DNA of 64,000 nucleotides from Planctomycetota bacterium (GTDB lineage Bacteria > Planctomycetota > UBA1135 > UBA2386): assembly GCA_965223545.1 (NCBI GenBank), contig OZ245006.1:7392001-7456000 (forward strand), read 5' to 3'. This document shows, piece by piece, positions 1 to 10,268 of this stretch; position 1 is the first letter of the stretch; each line of letters begins with the position of its first letter. The notes under the pieces were generated by a model. It ran no database searches. It saw only the letters and a program-made list of their open reading frames with translations, and was not told the DNA's origin. The position numbers and the translations under genes were made by a program.

Positions 1-326
1 GTGCACCGGTCACAGCGCGCGAGGTAGCGCTCGTGGGCGAGGTCGGCGTTGGTGGGGTCGATGCGCACCGTGTAGAAGCTGCCGACGCCGACCGGAGCGT
101 CCAGCTGCAGCAGAGCGCCCGTCGAGTGCAGCTCGAGGGTGACGCCGCGCACCGGGTCGGTCGCGGCCATGGCGGGGTCGGCGAGGAGCAGCTCGACCTG
201 CGTCCCCGAGGACGCCGTCTCGCGCAGGCTGCGGACGGTTGCGCGGTTTACGAGCTGCAGCTCTTCGACGAGCTGGATCGTCGCTTGTGGTTCGCTGGTC
301 AGGCCTTCGCCAAGCTTCTTCGACAT
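1..326 (-). CDS. PilZ-like domain protein (3' end truncated by window edge)
   Basis: Not in ORF track. ATG at 326 with GGAGAG SD; translates MSKKLGEGLTSEPQ...SLRETASSGTQVELLL...VRGVTLELHSTGALLQLDAPVGVGSFYTVRI...RYLARCDRC, resembling a degenerate PilZ barrel (D/NxSxxG-like LHSTGA). Confidence 0.5.
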   Translation of the reverse strand, partial: MSKKLGEGLTSEPQATIQLVEELQLVNRATVRSLRETASSGTQVELLLADPAMAATDPVRGVTLELHSTGALLQLDAPVGVGSFYTVRIDPTNADLAHERYLARCDRC

Positions 327-338
327 CGGCTCTCTCCG

Positions 339-1205
339 TTACTTCGGCGGTGTGGTTGCGGCGGACCCGAGGCCGGGAGTGACGACCATCTTGAGACCGG
401 CGCGCCACGAGTAGTCCTCGTTGTCCAAGGCGGCGCGCACCAGGAAGGACTGGCTCGTGGGCGTGGCGCGCAACGAGATGTGGACGATCTCCGCCCGCCG
501 CGGTTCGTGGTTGCCGGTCGCCGGCCGCACCAGCACGGCGCCACCCGTCCGCACCTCGCTCTCGAGGCTGACGGGGCATTGGAACTCCACCCAGAGCGGG
601 TGCAGCGCCATGACTTCGACGATCGGCTCGAGCTGGTCCGCGGTCTCGCCGACCTGTTTGAATCGGCGCGTCACGACGCCGGCCAGCGGGCTCTTCAAAG
701 TGCGCTGGTCGAGGCGGGCCTGGGCTTGCGCGAGCTCGTTGCGCAGCTGAGCGGCCTCGAAGTCGACCCTGCCGACCGCCAGCCGCGCGAGCTCGGACTC
801 GAGCTGGACCTCCTGCAGCTCGGCGGCGGCCGCGACGTCGCGGTCGGAGAGATGACGCACGCGTTCGACCTTCTTCTGCGCGTAGCTCAGGCTGGCCGCG
901 GCGCGGTCCTGCTCGATCCTGGACTCGACCAGCGCTTGCAGGCGCAGCACCTCGAGCCGCGGCAGCTCGTCGCTGAGGCGGTAGAGCACCGTGCCGGGCT
1001 CGACCCGACTGCCCTCCAGGGCCGGCATCTCGATGATGGTGCCGCTCTGCTCGGGTGCCACCGCGGCCAGGTGGCTCGGCACGGTGAGACCGACCAGCTC
1101 GAACGTGAGCGGCGTCGACGTCGCCTCCGCCGGTCGGTCCGCGGTGGCGCCGATCGCGATCGCGGTGAGTGCGATCCCGCCCCACAGCCAGTGGTTGCTC
1201 CTCAT
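339..1205 (-). CDS. Efflux RND/HlyD-family periplasmic adaptor (membrane fusion protein)
   Basis: Signal peptide, lipoyl half-motifs (EGSRVEPGTVLYRL; LKSPLAGVVTRRFKQVGE), coiled-coil hairpin, C-terminal WRAGLKM. Confidence 0.85.
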   Translation of the reverse strand: MRSNHWLWGGIALTAIAIGATADRPAEATSTPLTFELVGLTVPSHLAAVAPEQSGTIIEMPALEGSRVEPGTVLYRLSDELPRLEVLRLQALVESRIEQDRAAASLSYAQKKVERVRHLSDRDVAAAAELQEVQLESELARLAVGRVDFEAAQLRNELAQAQARLDQRTLKSPLAGVVTRRFKQVGETADQLEPIVEVMALHPLWVEFQCPVSLESEVRTGGAVLVRPATGNHEPRRAEIVHISLRATPTSQSFLVRAALDNEDYSWRAGLKMVVTPGLGSAATTPPK

Positions 1206-1427
1206 CCCTGCCAGTTCCCCCCAGAAAGTGCCCCGACGACGCGGTGCGCGGCGTCGCCTAGGACGCTGTTTCGACTATCGGAACAGCCGTCGGTGGCGCC
1301 TGAGGGGATCAGGGGATGTGCGGCGGTCGATCGGGATTCGCGGCACTGTCGATTGGGCCGCTGTCGAGGAAGTCGACAGCGCGGCTGGCAGCCCGTCGTT
1401 TTCGTGCTCAGAGAGAGAACGGCTCTC

Positions 1428-4220
1428 TCAGGTCAGCGGAGCCGCCGCGCGGCACCATCGCTCGACGACCGCGAGCAGACCCTTGGGCCGAAACGGCTTG
1501 GTGACGAAGTCGTCCATGCCCGCCGCCAGTGCCTCTTGCCGGTCGCTTTCCTGGGCATTGCCGGTGAGCGCGACGATCGGCAGGCGGTCGCCGGCGTGGC
1601 CTCCCACCGGGCCTGCTGCCTCGAGCTCGCGGATCAAGCGCGTGGCCTGCAAGCCGTCGAGCACCGGCATCTGGCAGTCCATCAGGACCAGCGCCGCCCC
1701 GGTTTCGGCGATGAACTCCACTGCCTGCTGGCCGTCTTCGACCAGAGCGACCTGGTAGCCGGCGCGGCGCAGCACGCTGCTCGCCACCGTGCGGTTGATC
1801 TGGCTGTCGTCGGCGACCAGGATCAAGGGTGCGTCGGTCGCGGCGGACTCTGCGGCAGGCTCCGCGGCGGGCACCGGCTCGAGCAGACGCTCGACGGCGG
1901 CGAGCAGGTCGGCCGGGCGAAACGGCTTGGTCATGAACTCGTCGACGCCCGCCGCGCGACACTCGGCGACGACCTCTTCGCGGGCATTGGCGGTGAGGGC
2001 GAGGATCGGTACGTGGCGCGGCAGAGTCGAGGCCGCCGCGCGGTCGGTCTCCAGCGCACGGATCTTGCGCGTGGCCTCGATGCCGTCCATCACCGGCATC
2101 TGGCAGTCCATCAACACCAGGTCGAAGGTCTGCTCCGCGAACGCGTCCAGCGCCTCGCGGCCGTTCTCGGTAATGGTCACGCGGTGGCCGGCGCGCTCGA
2201 GCACGGTGCGCACCACCTGCTGGTTGACGGTCGTGTCCTCGGCCACCAGGATGTGGCGGCCGGTCCCCGCGGCGTCGGCCGTGCCGGTCGATGGCACTGG
2301 TCGGTTGCTCGCGCTCGCGGTGGCGGGAGCGCCGTCGAGCCAGGCGCGCAGCTGCTCGAAACCGGTCGGTTCGGCCAGCGGGTGGATGCCCGTGGGAGGC
2401 GTGCCCATCTCTGCGGGCCAGTGGCGCAGCCAGTGGTCGAGGACGGCGATGCGCTGTCCGTCGATCCAGGGCACGCCGCGCAACTGCTCGACGGCTTCGA
2501 ACGGCTCCGCGAGCGTGGCATACGGATCGACGATGGCGAGGGCTTGGCCGGTTTGGGGCTCGGTGCCCTGTTGCCAATGCTCCACCACCTGGCATCGCGA
2601 TGCGGGAACGCCGAGGAACCGCAGCTGCGCCTCGAGCCGGGCGCGGACCAGTGGCCTTCGCGATACGACCAGGACACTGTCGGCCGGAGCGGGCGGAGGC
2701 GCTTGTTGCGGCACCGTGCCGAGCCGGGCGGTGAACCAGAACGTCGAGCCACGGCCGACCTCGCTGTCGACGCCGATGTCGCCGCCCATGAGCGCCGACA
2801 GCTCCTTGCAGATGGCGAGGCCCAGGCCGGTGCCGCCGTACTTGCGCGTCGTCGATGCGTCGACCTGCTCGAAGGCGGTGAACAGCGAGGCGCGTCGCTC
2901 GGGCGGAATGCCGATGCCGGTGTCCCGCACCTCGAAACGAAGCGTGGTGCCGTCGTTGGCCTCGTCGGTGCTATCGACATCGACGTGGATGCTGACGCTG
3001 CCTTCGGCGGTGAACTTCAGCGCGTTGTTCAAGAAGTTGATCAACACCTGCCGCAGTCGGGTGGGGTCGCCTTGCACCTTGGCCGGCACCGACGGGGCGA
3101 CGACGGCGTGCAGCTCGAGGCCCTTGGAGTCGGCGAGGCCGGCGAGGATCTCCACCGCCCCATCCGTCAGTTGGCGCAGGTCGACCTCGACCAGCTCCAG
3201 AGTGAGTTTGCGGGCCTCGATCTTGGAGAAGTCGAGGATGTCGTTGATCAGGCCGAGCAGCGCCTCGGCAGCGTTCTTGGCGGTCCTGGCAAAGCTCTCC
3301 TGCTCGCGGTCGAGCGGCGTCTCCAGGATGAGCTCGTTCATGTTGATGATGCCGTTCAGCGGTGTGCGCAGCTCGTGGGACATCGTCGCCAAGAACTGGG
3401 CCTTTGCCTGGTTGGCCTCCACCAACTGCGCGGTGCGCTCCTTCACCTGCTGCTCGGTGTGCGCCTTGGCCGACTGCAGCTTGTCGACGAAGCTGCCGAT
3501 GTTGCGCGTCAGCAGGCGGACTTCGTCGGGGCCCCGCTGGGACAGCTCGAACTCGGCGTCGTCGCGGGCTGCCCGTTCGGCGGCGTCGCTCAGGCCCTCG
3601 ATCGGAGCGACGATCTTGTGCACCGTCCACAGCCAGCACAGCGCCACGACGCCCAGATAGAGGACCGCTGCCGCCAGCGACAGCAGGGCGAGGAAGCGGC
3701 GCTGATCGTTGAGGTCGGCGCTCAAGAAGCCGGCGCGCCGCCGCATCCGGTGCTGCAGGTCTTCGATGCGCGCCACCGCCGACTTGCCCAAGCGGTCGGC
3801 TTCGCTGGCGAGCGCGGCCAGTCTGCTATCGCGCTGCTCGCCGCGCAGGTCACGGGCTTGGTCGATCAGCTCGCGCGTCTGCTCGATGTCGTCCGCCAAG
3901 CGCAACAGTGCGGGCCGCTGATCGGCGACCAGCGGTGTCTCGCCGATGTCGTCGAGCAGCTCCTGCAGGCGATCCGCCTGGGTGAGCGACGACGACGCCA
4001 TGAAGGTCTCTCCCTGGTAGAGCACCAGGTCGTTGACCAGGAGCCATTGGCCCAGGGACTCGCCGAACAGCTCGACGTTGCGCATCGCCACCGAGGCCGG
4101 GCCCAGCTCGCGGATGCGGTCGTCGATGCCGCGGAATCGGTCGACCAGGAAGCTGCCCAGCGCGACCCCTGTCGCGGTGCAGGCCGCCAGCGTCAGGGTG
4201 GTGTGGACCTTGATGTTCAC
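1428..4220 (-). CDS. Membrane hybrid sensor histidine kinase (HAMP-HisKA-HATPase-REC-REC)
   Basis: H-box FLATMSHELRTPLNG, N-box NFLNNALKFT, G-boxes DTGIG and GGTGLGLAI, two receiver domains (LMDCQMP...KPF), two TM helices. Confidence 0.95.
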   Translation of the reverse strand: MNIKVHTTLTLAACTATGVALGSFLVDRFRGIDDRIRELGPASVAMRNVELFGESLGQWLLVNDLVLYQGETFMASSSLTQADRLQELLDDIGETPLVADQRPALLRLADDIEQTRELIDQARDLRGEQRDSRLAALASEADRLGKSAVARIEDLQHRMRRRAGFLSADLNDQRRFLALLSLAAAVLYLGVVALCWLWTVHKIVAPIEGLSDAAERAARDDAEFELSQRGPDEVRLLTRNIGSFVDKLQSAKAHTEQQVKERTAQLVEANQAKAQFLATMSHELRTPLNGIINMNELILETPLDREQESFARTAKNAAEALLGLINDILDFSKIEARKLTLELVEVDLRQLTDGAVEILAGLADSKGLELHAVVAPSVPAKVQGDPTRLRQVLINFLNNALKFTAEGSVSIHVDVDSTDEANDGTTLRFEVRDTGIGIPPERRASLFTAFEQVDASTTRKYGGTGLGLAICKELSALMGGDIGVDSEVGRGSTFWFTARLGTVPQQAPPPAPADSVLVVSRRPLVRARLEAQLRFLGVPASRCQVVEHWQQGTEPQTGQALAIVDPYATLAEPFEAVEQLRGVPWIDGQRIAVLDHWLRHWPAEMGTPPTGIHPLAEPTGFEQLRAWLDGAPATASASNRPVPSTGTADAAGTGRHILVAEDTTVNQQVVRTVLERAGHRVTITENGREALDAFAEQTFDLVLMDCQMPVMDGIEATRKIRALETDRAAASTLPRHVPILALTANAREEVVAECRAAGVDEFMTKPFRPADLLAAVERLLEPVPAAEPAAESAATDAPLILVADDSQINRTVASSVLRRAGYQVALVEDGQQAVEFIAETGAALVLMDCQMPVLDGLQATRLIRELEAAGPVGGHAGDRLPIVALTGNAQESDRQEALAAGMDDFVTKPFRPKGLLAVVERWCRAAAPLT

Positions 4221-4221
4221 G

Positions 4222-5238
4222 TCAGCGCGCCTCCGGCCGCAGCGTGCCGAGCACGTGGCGAACGCGGCGCGCGGCCGCGCCGCTCACGCCGTCGGCGGCG
4301 CAGAGCTCGGCGAGACCGAGGTCGCGCGTCGATTGCCACTGGGCGCGCAGCGGCGCGGCCGCCGACGGCGAAGTCTCCGCTGCGGTGACGACGGCTTCGG
4401 CGTCGAGGGTCCAGCGCAGTGGCTGCGGTTCGTGCGGCGTGCGGACATCGATCACCCAGCCCAACGTCCGCGACTCCGCGCCGAGCACGCGCAGCGCCAA
4501 CGCCACCTCGACCACTGGACCGTCGGCGGCCGGCAGCGGTGGCCCGGGCCGACCCGCCGGTCGCGGCCAGATGCGTTGGATCCGCCGCGCGTTCGGAAAC
4601 TGCTGCCGGCCGACGGCGAGGTCGTGCAGCTTGGCGGTCTCGCCGGCCCACACGACGTCCAGTACCGCCATCGTCTTGAGTGCCGAGCGGACCAGCGCGG
4701 CGGCCAACGCCTCGGTGCCCGCCGGCACCGCGAAGGCTCCGTCGGCGAGCCCGCCGGCCGGAGTCAGCAGTGGCTCCAGCTGCGGGCGGCTCATGCCGAC
4801 CAGCAGGCGCGTGAAACCGGAGCGCTCCAACGCGTACCAGTGGTTGCTGCGCGTGCGGCGCAGCTTCAACCCCGCCAGCCGTCCGTCCAGGGTCAGGGCC
4901 CACTCGACGGCGGTGAGGCCATAAGGGCTCTCCTCGTCGCGCGCGTACAGCAGACCGAGCGGCAACCGCCCGCGCACGGCGACGTACATCGCGTGCGCGC
5001 CGAGCTCGCTGTAGTGGACTCGAAACGGCAGCCGTTGCTCGATGGCGCGGCGGGCGTTGTCGTCGACCTCGCGGACGATGACCTGATAGCCGTCGGCCTG
5101 TGGGAAGGCCGCGAACACGCTCTGCTGCGGCTGGCTCAGAGTCGAGCGCTGCGCAGCGGCCCGCTCGGCCGGCGACGCGACCACCGTCGCGCCGATCAGC
5201 GCGATGGTGCGGCGTAGACTGGCTTGCGATGCGGCCAC
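4222..5238 (-). CDS. Exported hypothetical protein, weakly FMN-binding (RnfG/FMN_bind)-like
   Basis: Signal-like N-terminus, FPQAD motif, C-terminal DGVSGAA. Abuts the kinase start. Family call tentative. Confidence 0.45.
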   Translation of the reverse strand: MAASQASLRRTIALIGATVVASPAERAAAQRSTLSQPQQSVFAAFPQADGYQVIVREVDDNARRAIEQRLPFRVHYSELGAHAMYVAVRGRLPLGLLYARDEESPYGLTAVEWALTLDGRLAGLKLRRTRSNHWYALERSGFTRLLVGMSRPQLEPLLTPAGGLADGAFAVPAGTEALAAALVRSALKTMAVLDVVWAGETAKLHDLAVGRQQFPNARRIQRIWPRPAGRPGPPLPAADGPVVEVALALRVLGAESRTLGWVIDVRTPHEPQPLRWTLDAEAVVTAAETSPSAAAPLRAQWQSTRDLGLAELCAADGVSGAAARRVRHVLGTLRPEAR

Positions 5239-5415
5239 GAGGGGCAGTTCGGCCTGGGTTTTGCCTGACTTGAGTGCCGTGCGGGTTCCGCGCCGGCAGC
5301 TCCCGTATCACGCCGCGAGGGCGGTGGTCCCGATTCGAGACGGTGGATTCCCGCGCGCGCCCGAACAGCCGGTATGGTCGTCGGCGAAGTTTGGTCCCGA
5401 TTGGAGCGATCCTCG

Positions 5416-5712
5416 ATGCGCGCCCGTTTCTGTACCCTCCTGCTGCTCGTGCTTCTGTGCTCCACCCCCGCCTGCGTCTACGCCGATGTGCAGGTGCCGC
5501 TCGACGTCGACCTGCACCAGACGCAGCTCGGCGACAAGGTGGGTGAAGCCTCCACCCACAGCGTCCTGTGGGCGGTGGCGTGGGGTGACTCCGGCACCCG
5601 GGCGGCGGCCGAGAGCGCCGGGATTCGCCGGATCCTGCACGCCGACCGCAAGGTGTTCAGCATCCTCTGGGGGCTGTACACCCGCACCACGACAGTGGTC
5701 TACGGCGAGTGA
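5416..5712 (+). CDS. TRL-like lipoprotein
   Basis: Lipoprotein-type signal ending in Cys; KVGEAS..SVLWAVAWGDSG..AAA..GI...TTVVYGE is typical of TRL domains. Confidence 0.75.
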   Translation: MRARFCTLLLLVLLCSTPACVYADVQVPLDVDLHQTQLGDKVGEASTHSVLWAVAWGDSGTRAAAESAGIRRILHADRKVFSILWGLYTRTTTVVYGE

Positions 5713-6023
5713 TGCGCCGGTGGTGGCTGGCGCTGACGGCGTGCGTGCTGCTCGGCTGCAGCGGGTGCGTTTCCGGTCTGCTGTACACCCACACGATCGA
5801 GCCGCTGTCCACCGACTTCGACCGCACGCCGGTGGGAGAGACCACCGCGGTGGGCGACGTGCGCCAGCTGCGCTACTCGAGCTTCGAGGTGCAATGGAGC
5901 TCGAATGCGATCGGCGAGATCGCGCGCCGGCATGGCATGCAGCAGGTGTACTACGCTGACCTGGAGACGTTGAGCGTGCTCGGCGTCTGGACCCAGAGGT
6001 GGGTGCTGGTCTACGGCCGCTGA
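5712..6023 (+). CDS. TRL-like lipoprotein (second paralog)
   Basis: Lipobox-like SGC, SNAIGEIARRHG, C-terminal SVLGVWTQRWVLVYG. TGATG overlap with the previous gene. Confidence 0.7.
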   Translation: MRRWWLALTACVLLGCSGCVSGLLYTHTIEPLSTDFDRTPVGETTAVGDVRQLRYSSFEVQWSSNAIGEIARRHGMQQVYYADLETLSVLGVWTQRWVLVYGR

Positions 6024-8581
6024 GGGGGAGGGGTCACGAACTCGACCGCTGCGCGTTCGACCCAGCCGGCTCCATCGGCATGTGCGACGCGCGCCCAATG
6101 GTCCGAGTGCTCGTGCACGACCACCTCGGCTCCGGACGGCACGTGGGTCCAAGCCGGTAGATCCCGGTGCGGCGCCCGCCGCACATCGGCGCGCGGCGCC
6201 GTCACCACCGCCGTCGCCGGCGACGCGGCGAGCCGGTCGTGGACGTGCAGACCGGCGACCAGGGCACCGGCGACGAATGCAGCTCCAGCCAGCTGGCGCG
6301 GGCGCCGCCGTCCGCTGAGGCCAAACGCGCCGAGTGCGCAGAGCTGGACCAGCACGGCGATGAACAGAGCGGGGTCCGTGGCCGCGATTGCGCGCACGCG
6401 CTCGCCGGACCACCGCGGGGCGGGAGGGGCCAACCCCAGCGCCGCGTGCGCTTTGTCGAGGCCGTCGAGCGCGCTGCCGTGCAGTGGTGCCAGAGCGAGC
6501 GCGCGGCGGAAGAACAGGGCGGCGCGGGCGGTGTCGCCGGTCATGGCCGCGCATTGGCCGAGGTTGCACCACAGCGCTGCCGATGCGGCCTCGCGCGTTC
6601 GCGGTTCCAGCAGCCGCGCGGCGGTTTCGTAGTCCGCCGCGCGGTAGGCCGCGGCGGCGGGGTCGCCCTGCTGCGCTGCGGCTGACCAGGCGATGCAGAG
6701 GACGAACGCGGCGACGGTTGCGCCACGGCGTCCGCCCGCCCTGGGCTGCGCCGCGCGGCCGGTGTGTTCGAGCTGGACGACGAGGCGAACGGTGTCCTCC
6801 GCAGGGGGAACGGCTGCGCCTGGTTGTGCGCCGCGGTAGGCCGGCGCGAGGAGCGCCTGCAGATGCGCGGCGGCATCGGTCGCCAGCGTGCGGTCGATTC
6901 CGTGCCGCGCCAACTGCTCGGCCAAGTCCGGCCGGCGGATCGCCGCCGGCGCGCAACCGGTGCGCGCCGCCAGATAATCGGTCAGTGCCGCGGCCCGATC
7001 GATCGCGGCGTCGCGAGTGCTCCGTCGCAGGCGGCGGAGCGCGCGGCGGGCGCGCACCGCGTCGGGGTCGGTGTCGCGCCGCCGGCGCAGGGCGGCGGTG
7101 AGCAGCATGATCGCGGCCGCGATCCACGGCAGGGCGAAGAGCGCGGCGCGGATCGGTGGCGCGACCGGCGTGCGCGGCGTGGAGCTGTCTGCCAGTGGTT
7201 GCCATGGCGGCGCCGCTACCGTTGTCCGTGCGGTCGCCGGTTCGGCCGTGGCAGCGGCATCGCCGACCGTGCCGGCCGGGGGCGGTGCCGGCACCTCGGT
7301 GCGCGCCGGCGCGCCGGTCGCGGCTGCCGCCGGTGCTCCCGTAATCCGCAGCGGCAGCCGCGCGCTCCGCGCCACCTCGTAGCGCTCGGTGTCGGGATCG
7401 AAGAACGCGATCTCGACCGGCGGCACCGCGTCCACGTCCGATCCAGTCGGTGCCAAGTCGTAGATCAGACGGCGCACGCCCGGCTCCGCTTCGGCCTCGA
7501 GATGGCCGCGCAGGTGCAGGCCGGGTAGATCGTCCAGCAGGGGTGGACGCAGCGCCGACAGCCCGCTTGCGCCGCGCACCTCGAGCGTCAGCCGCAGGCT
7601 CTCGCCGACCTCGAGCTCGGTGGGCTCCGCCGTCGCGGTGACCGTCAGCCGTCCCACCACCCCGGCGAAGTCGGCGGGTCGACCGGCGGTCGGCAGCGCG
7701 CGGATTTGCAGCAGCAGTGGGTCGCCGTAGACGAATGCCTCGTGCAGATCGGTGGCGACGCGGTCGGCGAACAGACCGGTGTCGAAGCGCGAGGTGTAGG
7801 AATAGCGCAGCAGCGGGCCTGCCAGCCGGAGGGGGCCCGACTCGGTGGCGCGGAGCCGGCACGACCACTCGAGCACCGCGAATTCGCGGCCGTCGCGCTC
7901 GATCGCCGCCTGCGGCCGGGCCTCGGCTTCGGCATCGTTGAGCACGAAGCTGGCGCCACGGTTGACGGCGGGGTCCACCGGCAGTCCCTGCGTGCCCGGC
8001 GGGGCTGGCAACCACGGCGCGCGCAGGCGCACGGGCACGTCGAGTTGGCGGCGGAACGGCTGCACGACGTGATCGGCCAGCTGGTCTTTGGCGATGCCGA
8101 AGCGCACGCGGACTTCGATCGTCTCGCCGAGCCAGTAGCGCGGGGCGTCGGCGTGGAGCGCGACGAAGGCGTGGGCATCGGCGGTGCCGGCGGCGACCGC
8201 CTCCAGCTGCAGCGGGCCGGTGGCGAGGGTCGCGCCGCGGTGGGCGACGCGCAGGCCGGGCAGGGTGAAGGAGCCGGCGCGCTGCGGCTCGAGCCATACG
8301 CTCCAGTGGGCGACGGCGCGCGCCGCCGGCGCGCCGGCGGCGACGTGCTGCACCTGCTCGATGCGGGTGGCGGAGGCGTGCAGCGCGAGCCCGTCGACGC
8401 GCGGCAGCGGCAGCAGCTCGGCGCCGCCGCCGGTGTCGGCCAGCTCGAGCCGCAGCGCGACCTCGGCGCGTTCGCCGAGCTGCACGACCGGCGGCGACGG
8501 CCCGACCGCGTCGAGCCGCTGTGCCGCGGGCGCGCCGCACAGCAGCAGGACGGCAGCGGTCTGCACCTGTGCTCCGCGCAT
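6011..8581 (-). CDS. batD: BatD-family protein fused to a BatE-like TPR/SH3 C-terminus
   Basis: BatD-like repeats (GRPADFAGVVG, FFDPDTERY), TM segment, TPR (LWCNLGQCA...ALALAP), SH3-like end (WARVAHADGAGWV). Last gene of the MoxR operon. Confidence 0.7.
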   Translation of the reverse strand: MRGAQVQTAAVLLLCGAPAAQRLDAVGPSPPVVQLGERAEVALRLELADTGGGAELLPLPRVDGLALHASATRIEQVQHVAAGAPAARAVAHWSVWLEPQRAGSFTLPGLRVAHRGATLATGPLQLEAVAAGTADAHAFVALHADAPRYWLGETIEVRVRFGIAKDQLADHVVQPFRRQLDVPVRLRAPWLPAPPGTQGLPVDPAVNRGASFVLNDAEAEARPQAAIERDGREFAVLEWSCRLRATESGPLRLAGPLLRYSYTSRFDTGLFADRVATDLHEAFVYGDPLLLQIRALPTAGRPADFAGVVGRLTVTATAEPTELEVGESLRLTLEVRGASGLSALRPPLLDDLPGLHLRGHLEAEAEPGVRRLIYDLAPTGSDVDAVPPVEIAFFDPDTERYEVARSARLPLRITGAPAAAATGAPARTEVPAPPPAGTVGDAAATAEPATARTTVAAPPWQPLADSSTPRTPVAPPIRAALFALPWIAAAIMLLTAALRRRRDTDPDAVRARRALRRLRRSTRDAAIDRAAALTDYLAARTGCAPAAIRRPDLAEQLARHGIDRTLATDAAAHLQALLAPAYRGAQPGAAVPPAEDTVRLVVQLEHTGRAAQPRAGGRRGATVAAFVLCIAWSAAAQQGDPAAAAYRAADYETAARLLEPRTREAASAALWCNLGQCAAMTGDTARAALFFRRALALAPLHGSALDGLDKAHAALGLAPPAPRWSGERVRAIAATDPALFIAVLVQLCALGAFGLSGRRRPRQLAGAAFVAGALVAGLHVHDRLAASPATAVVTAPRADVRRAPHRDLPAWTHVPSGAEVVVHEHSDHWARVAHADGAGWVERAAVEFVTPPPQRP

Positions 8582-9300
8582 CACCAGTCCTTGTCGACCA
8601 CCACGCGGGTGGCCGCCTCGCGCCGGCGGCGCAGCGCGCGCTTCTCGGCGTCGCGTTGGTTGAGCTTGTCGAGCAGGCGCTGCACCAGGTCGTCCATCGT
8701 GGCGGCCGGCGGTGGCGGAGCGGTGCCGGTGGTGTCGGCGCGCGGCTCGGGCGGGCGTTCGGAGGCGTCGCGTTGGCTCCCCCCGGTCTGCGCGCGCATC
8801 CGCTCGCGCAGCGCGGCGGCCAGGCGCAGGGCGCGCTCGGCATTGCGGCGCGCGGCCGGCCAGTCGGCGCCCCTGGTGGCGGCGCGCCGCCAGTGCGCCG
8901 CGGCGCGCTCGGCCTCCAGCAGCGCCAGGGCCAACACCGCCGGGCCCGCCTCGGGTCCCTCGGCCTGCCGCGCCGCGCGTCGGCTGCGGGCGAACGCCGC
9001 GTTGCCGAGCACGAAGTCGCGCTCGCGGTACTGCGCGGGACCGCTGCGCGCCGCGGCGATCTCGGCGGCGATCTCGGCGTCGCGGGTCGCGTCGCACTGC
9101 AGCGCCGCCAGAGCGATGTTGTGCCACAGAGCGGCGGGTGCGTCGTCACCGGCGGCGTCGGCGGCGCGGCGGAACGCCGCGAGGGCGTCGGCGAAGCGTC
9201 CCTCGGCATACGCCTCGATCCCGTCCACCAGCGGATCGTCTCCGCCGGGGAGCAGGACCGCGAGCAGCAGCGGCGTGGTCAGGTGCGACGGGCGAGGCAC
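8581..9300 (-). CDS. BatC-like TPR protein
   Basis: TPR-like helices (AYAEGRFADAL, WHNIALAA, ARRNAERAL) and C-terminal KDW typical of BatC. Start approximate. Confidence 0.7.
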   Translation of the reverse strand: MPRPSHLTTPLLLAVLLPGGDDPLVDGIEAYAEGRFADALAAFRRAADAAGDDAPAALWHNIALAALQCDATRDAEIAAEIAAARSGPAQYRERDFVLGNAAFARSRRAARQAEGPEAGPAVLALALLEAERAAAHWRRAATRGADWPAARRNAERALRLAAALRERMRAQTGGSQRDASERPPEPRADTTGTAPPPPAATMDDLVQRLLDKLNQRDAEKRALRRRREAATRVVVDKDW

Positions 9301-10268
9301 AGCTCCACGATCCAAAGCAAGAACGCGGCCAGCAAGGGCCACTGGAAACGCTCCCCGGCCGCGCCGGGCCGCGCGGTCGGCTCGACCGGTCGGCCGCGCG
9401 GCAGAATCTCGGTGGCGAACAGGGTCGCCAAGCCGTCGTCGTCGCCACCCAGCGCGACCAGGCGCCCGCCGCCGGCGGTGGCCAGCGCCTGCAATCCTTC
9501 CCGCTCGAAGCTGGAGATGACCTCTGCGCCGCTCGCGTCGGTGAGAAAGCGCACGCCGCCGGCGTCGTCGACGGCGATCTTGGCGCCGCGCTCCGAGCCG
9601 ATGCCCGCGCAGTGCACGACGATTGCCTGCGCATGGCACGCCGCCGCGGCGCGGCGGCCGCTTTCGCCGTGGTCTTCGCCGTCGGTGATCAGCACGATGC
9701 AAGCACCGTCCGCCGCCGCTGCGGTCAATGCGCCGGCGGCGGTCTGCAGCGCGGTGCCGAGATCGGTGCCGCCGCGCCGCAGGCTGCGGGGGTCGACCAG
9801 CTCGAGCAGCTGGGCGAAGGCGTCGAGGTCATCGGTCAGCGGGATCACCGTGCGCGCCTCGCCGGCGAAGGCGACCAGGCCGAGGCGGCTGCCGGCGGCG
9901 CGTTCCGCCAAGACACCGATCGCCCGCTTGGCGGCGGCCAGCCGCGAGGGCCGGACGTCGGCGGCGAGCATCGAGCGCGACACGTCGAGACAGAGCAGCA
10001 CATCGGCGCGGCGCGGCAGCGCCGCGCCATCTCCGGCACCCCACTGCGGGCGGGCCAGCGCCAGCACGGCACAGCCCAGTGCGGCGGCGAACGCCGCCCG
10101 ACGCAGCCGGTCCGCGGTCTGGGTTGGTGCCGGCGCGCCGGCGCCCAGCGCGCGGCTGAGTCGGTGTTGCCGCCGGCGCGCGTGGCGCCGCTGCAGCCAC
10201 CACAGCGCCGGCACGGCGCCGAGCAGGACGAGGGCCAACGGCGTGGCAAACAGCGGCCCGCCGGTCAC
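9279..10268 (-). CDS. batB: vWA domain protein, BatB-like
   Basis: ALARPQWG, MIDAS DVSRSM, PSRL..AK, PLTDD, GGTD, ITDGEDH. GTGA coupling. Confidence 0.85.
   Translation of the reverse strand: MTGGPLFATPLALVLLGAVPALWWLQRRHARRRQHRLSRALGAGAPAPTQTADRLRRAAFAAALGCAVLALARPQWGAGDGAALPRRADVLLCLDVSRSMLAADVRPSRLAAAKRAIGVLAERAAGSRLGLVAFAGEARTVIPLTDDLDAFAQLLELVDPRSLRRGGTDLGTALQTAAGALTAAAADGACIVLITDGEDHGESGRRAAAACHAQAIVVHCAGIGSERGAKIAVDDAGGVRFLTDASGAEVISSFEREGLQALATAGGGRLVALGGDDDGLATLFATEILPRGRPVEPTARPGAAGERFQWPLLAAFLLWIVELCLARRT

Noticed and set aside
33..4388. Very long alternative ORFs (33-4388 +, 5700-9209 -, 19416-24320 +, 42647-45679 -, 54962-59308 - and others)
   Set aside because: Shadow ORFs antisense or out of frame to motif-bearing genes. 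They are Arg/Pro/Ala-rich, lack motifs, and are expected at this GC content.
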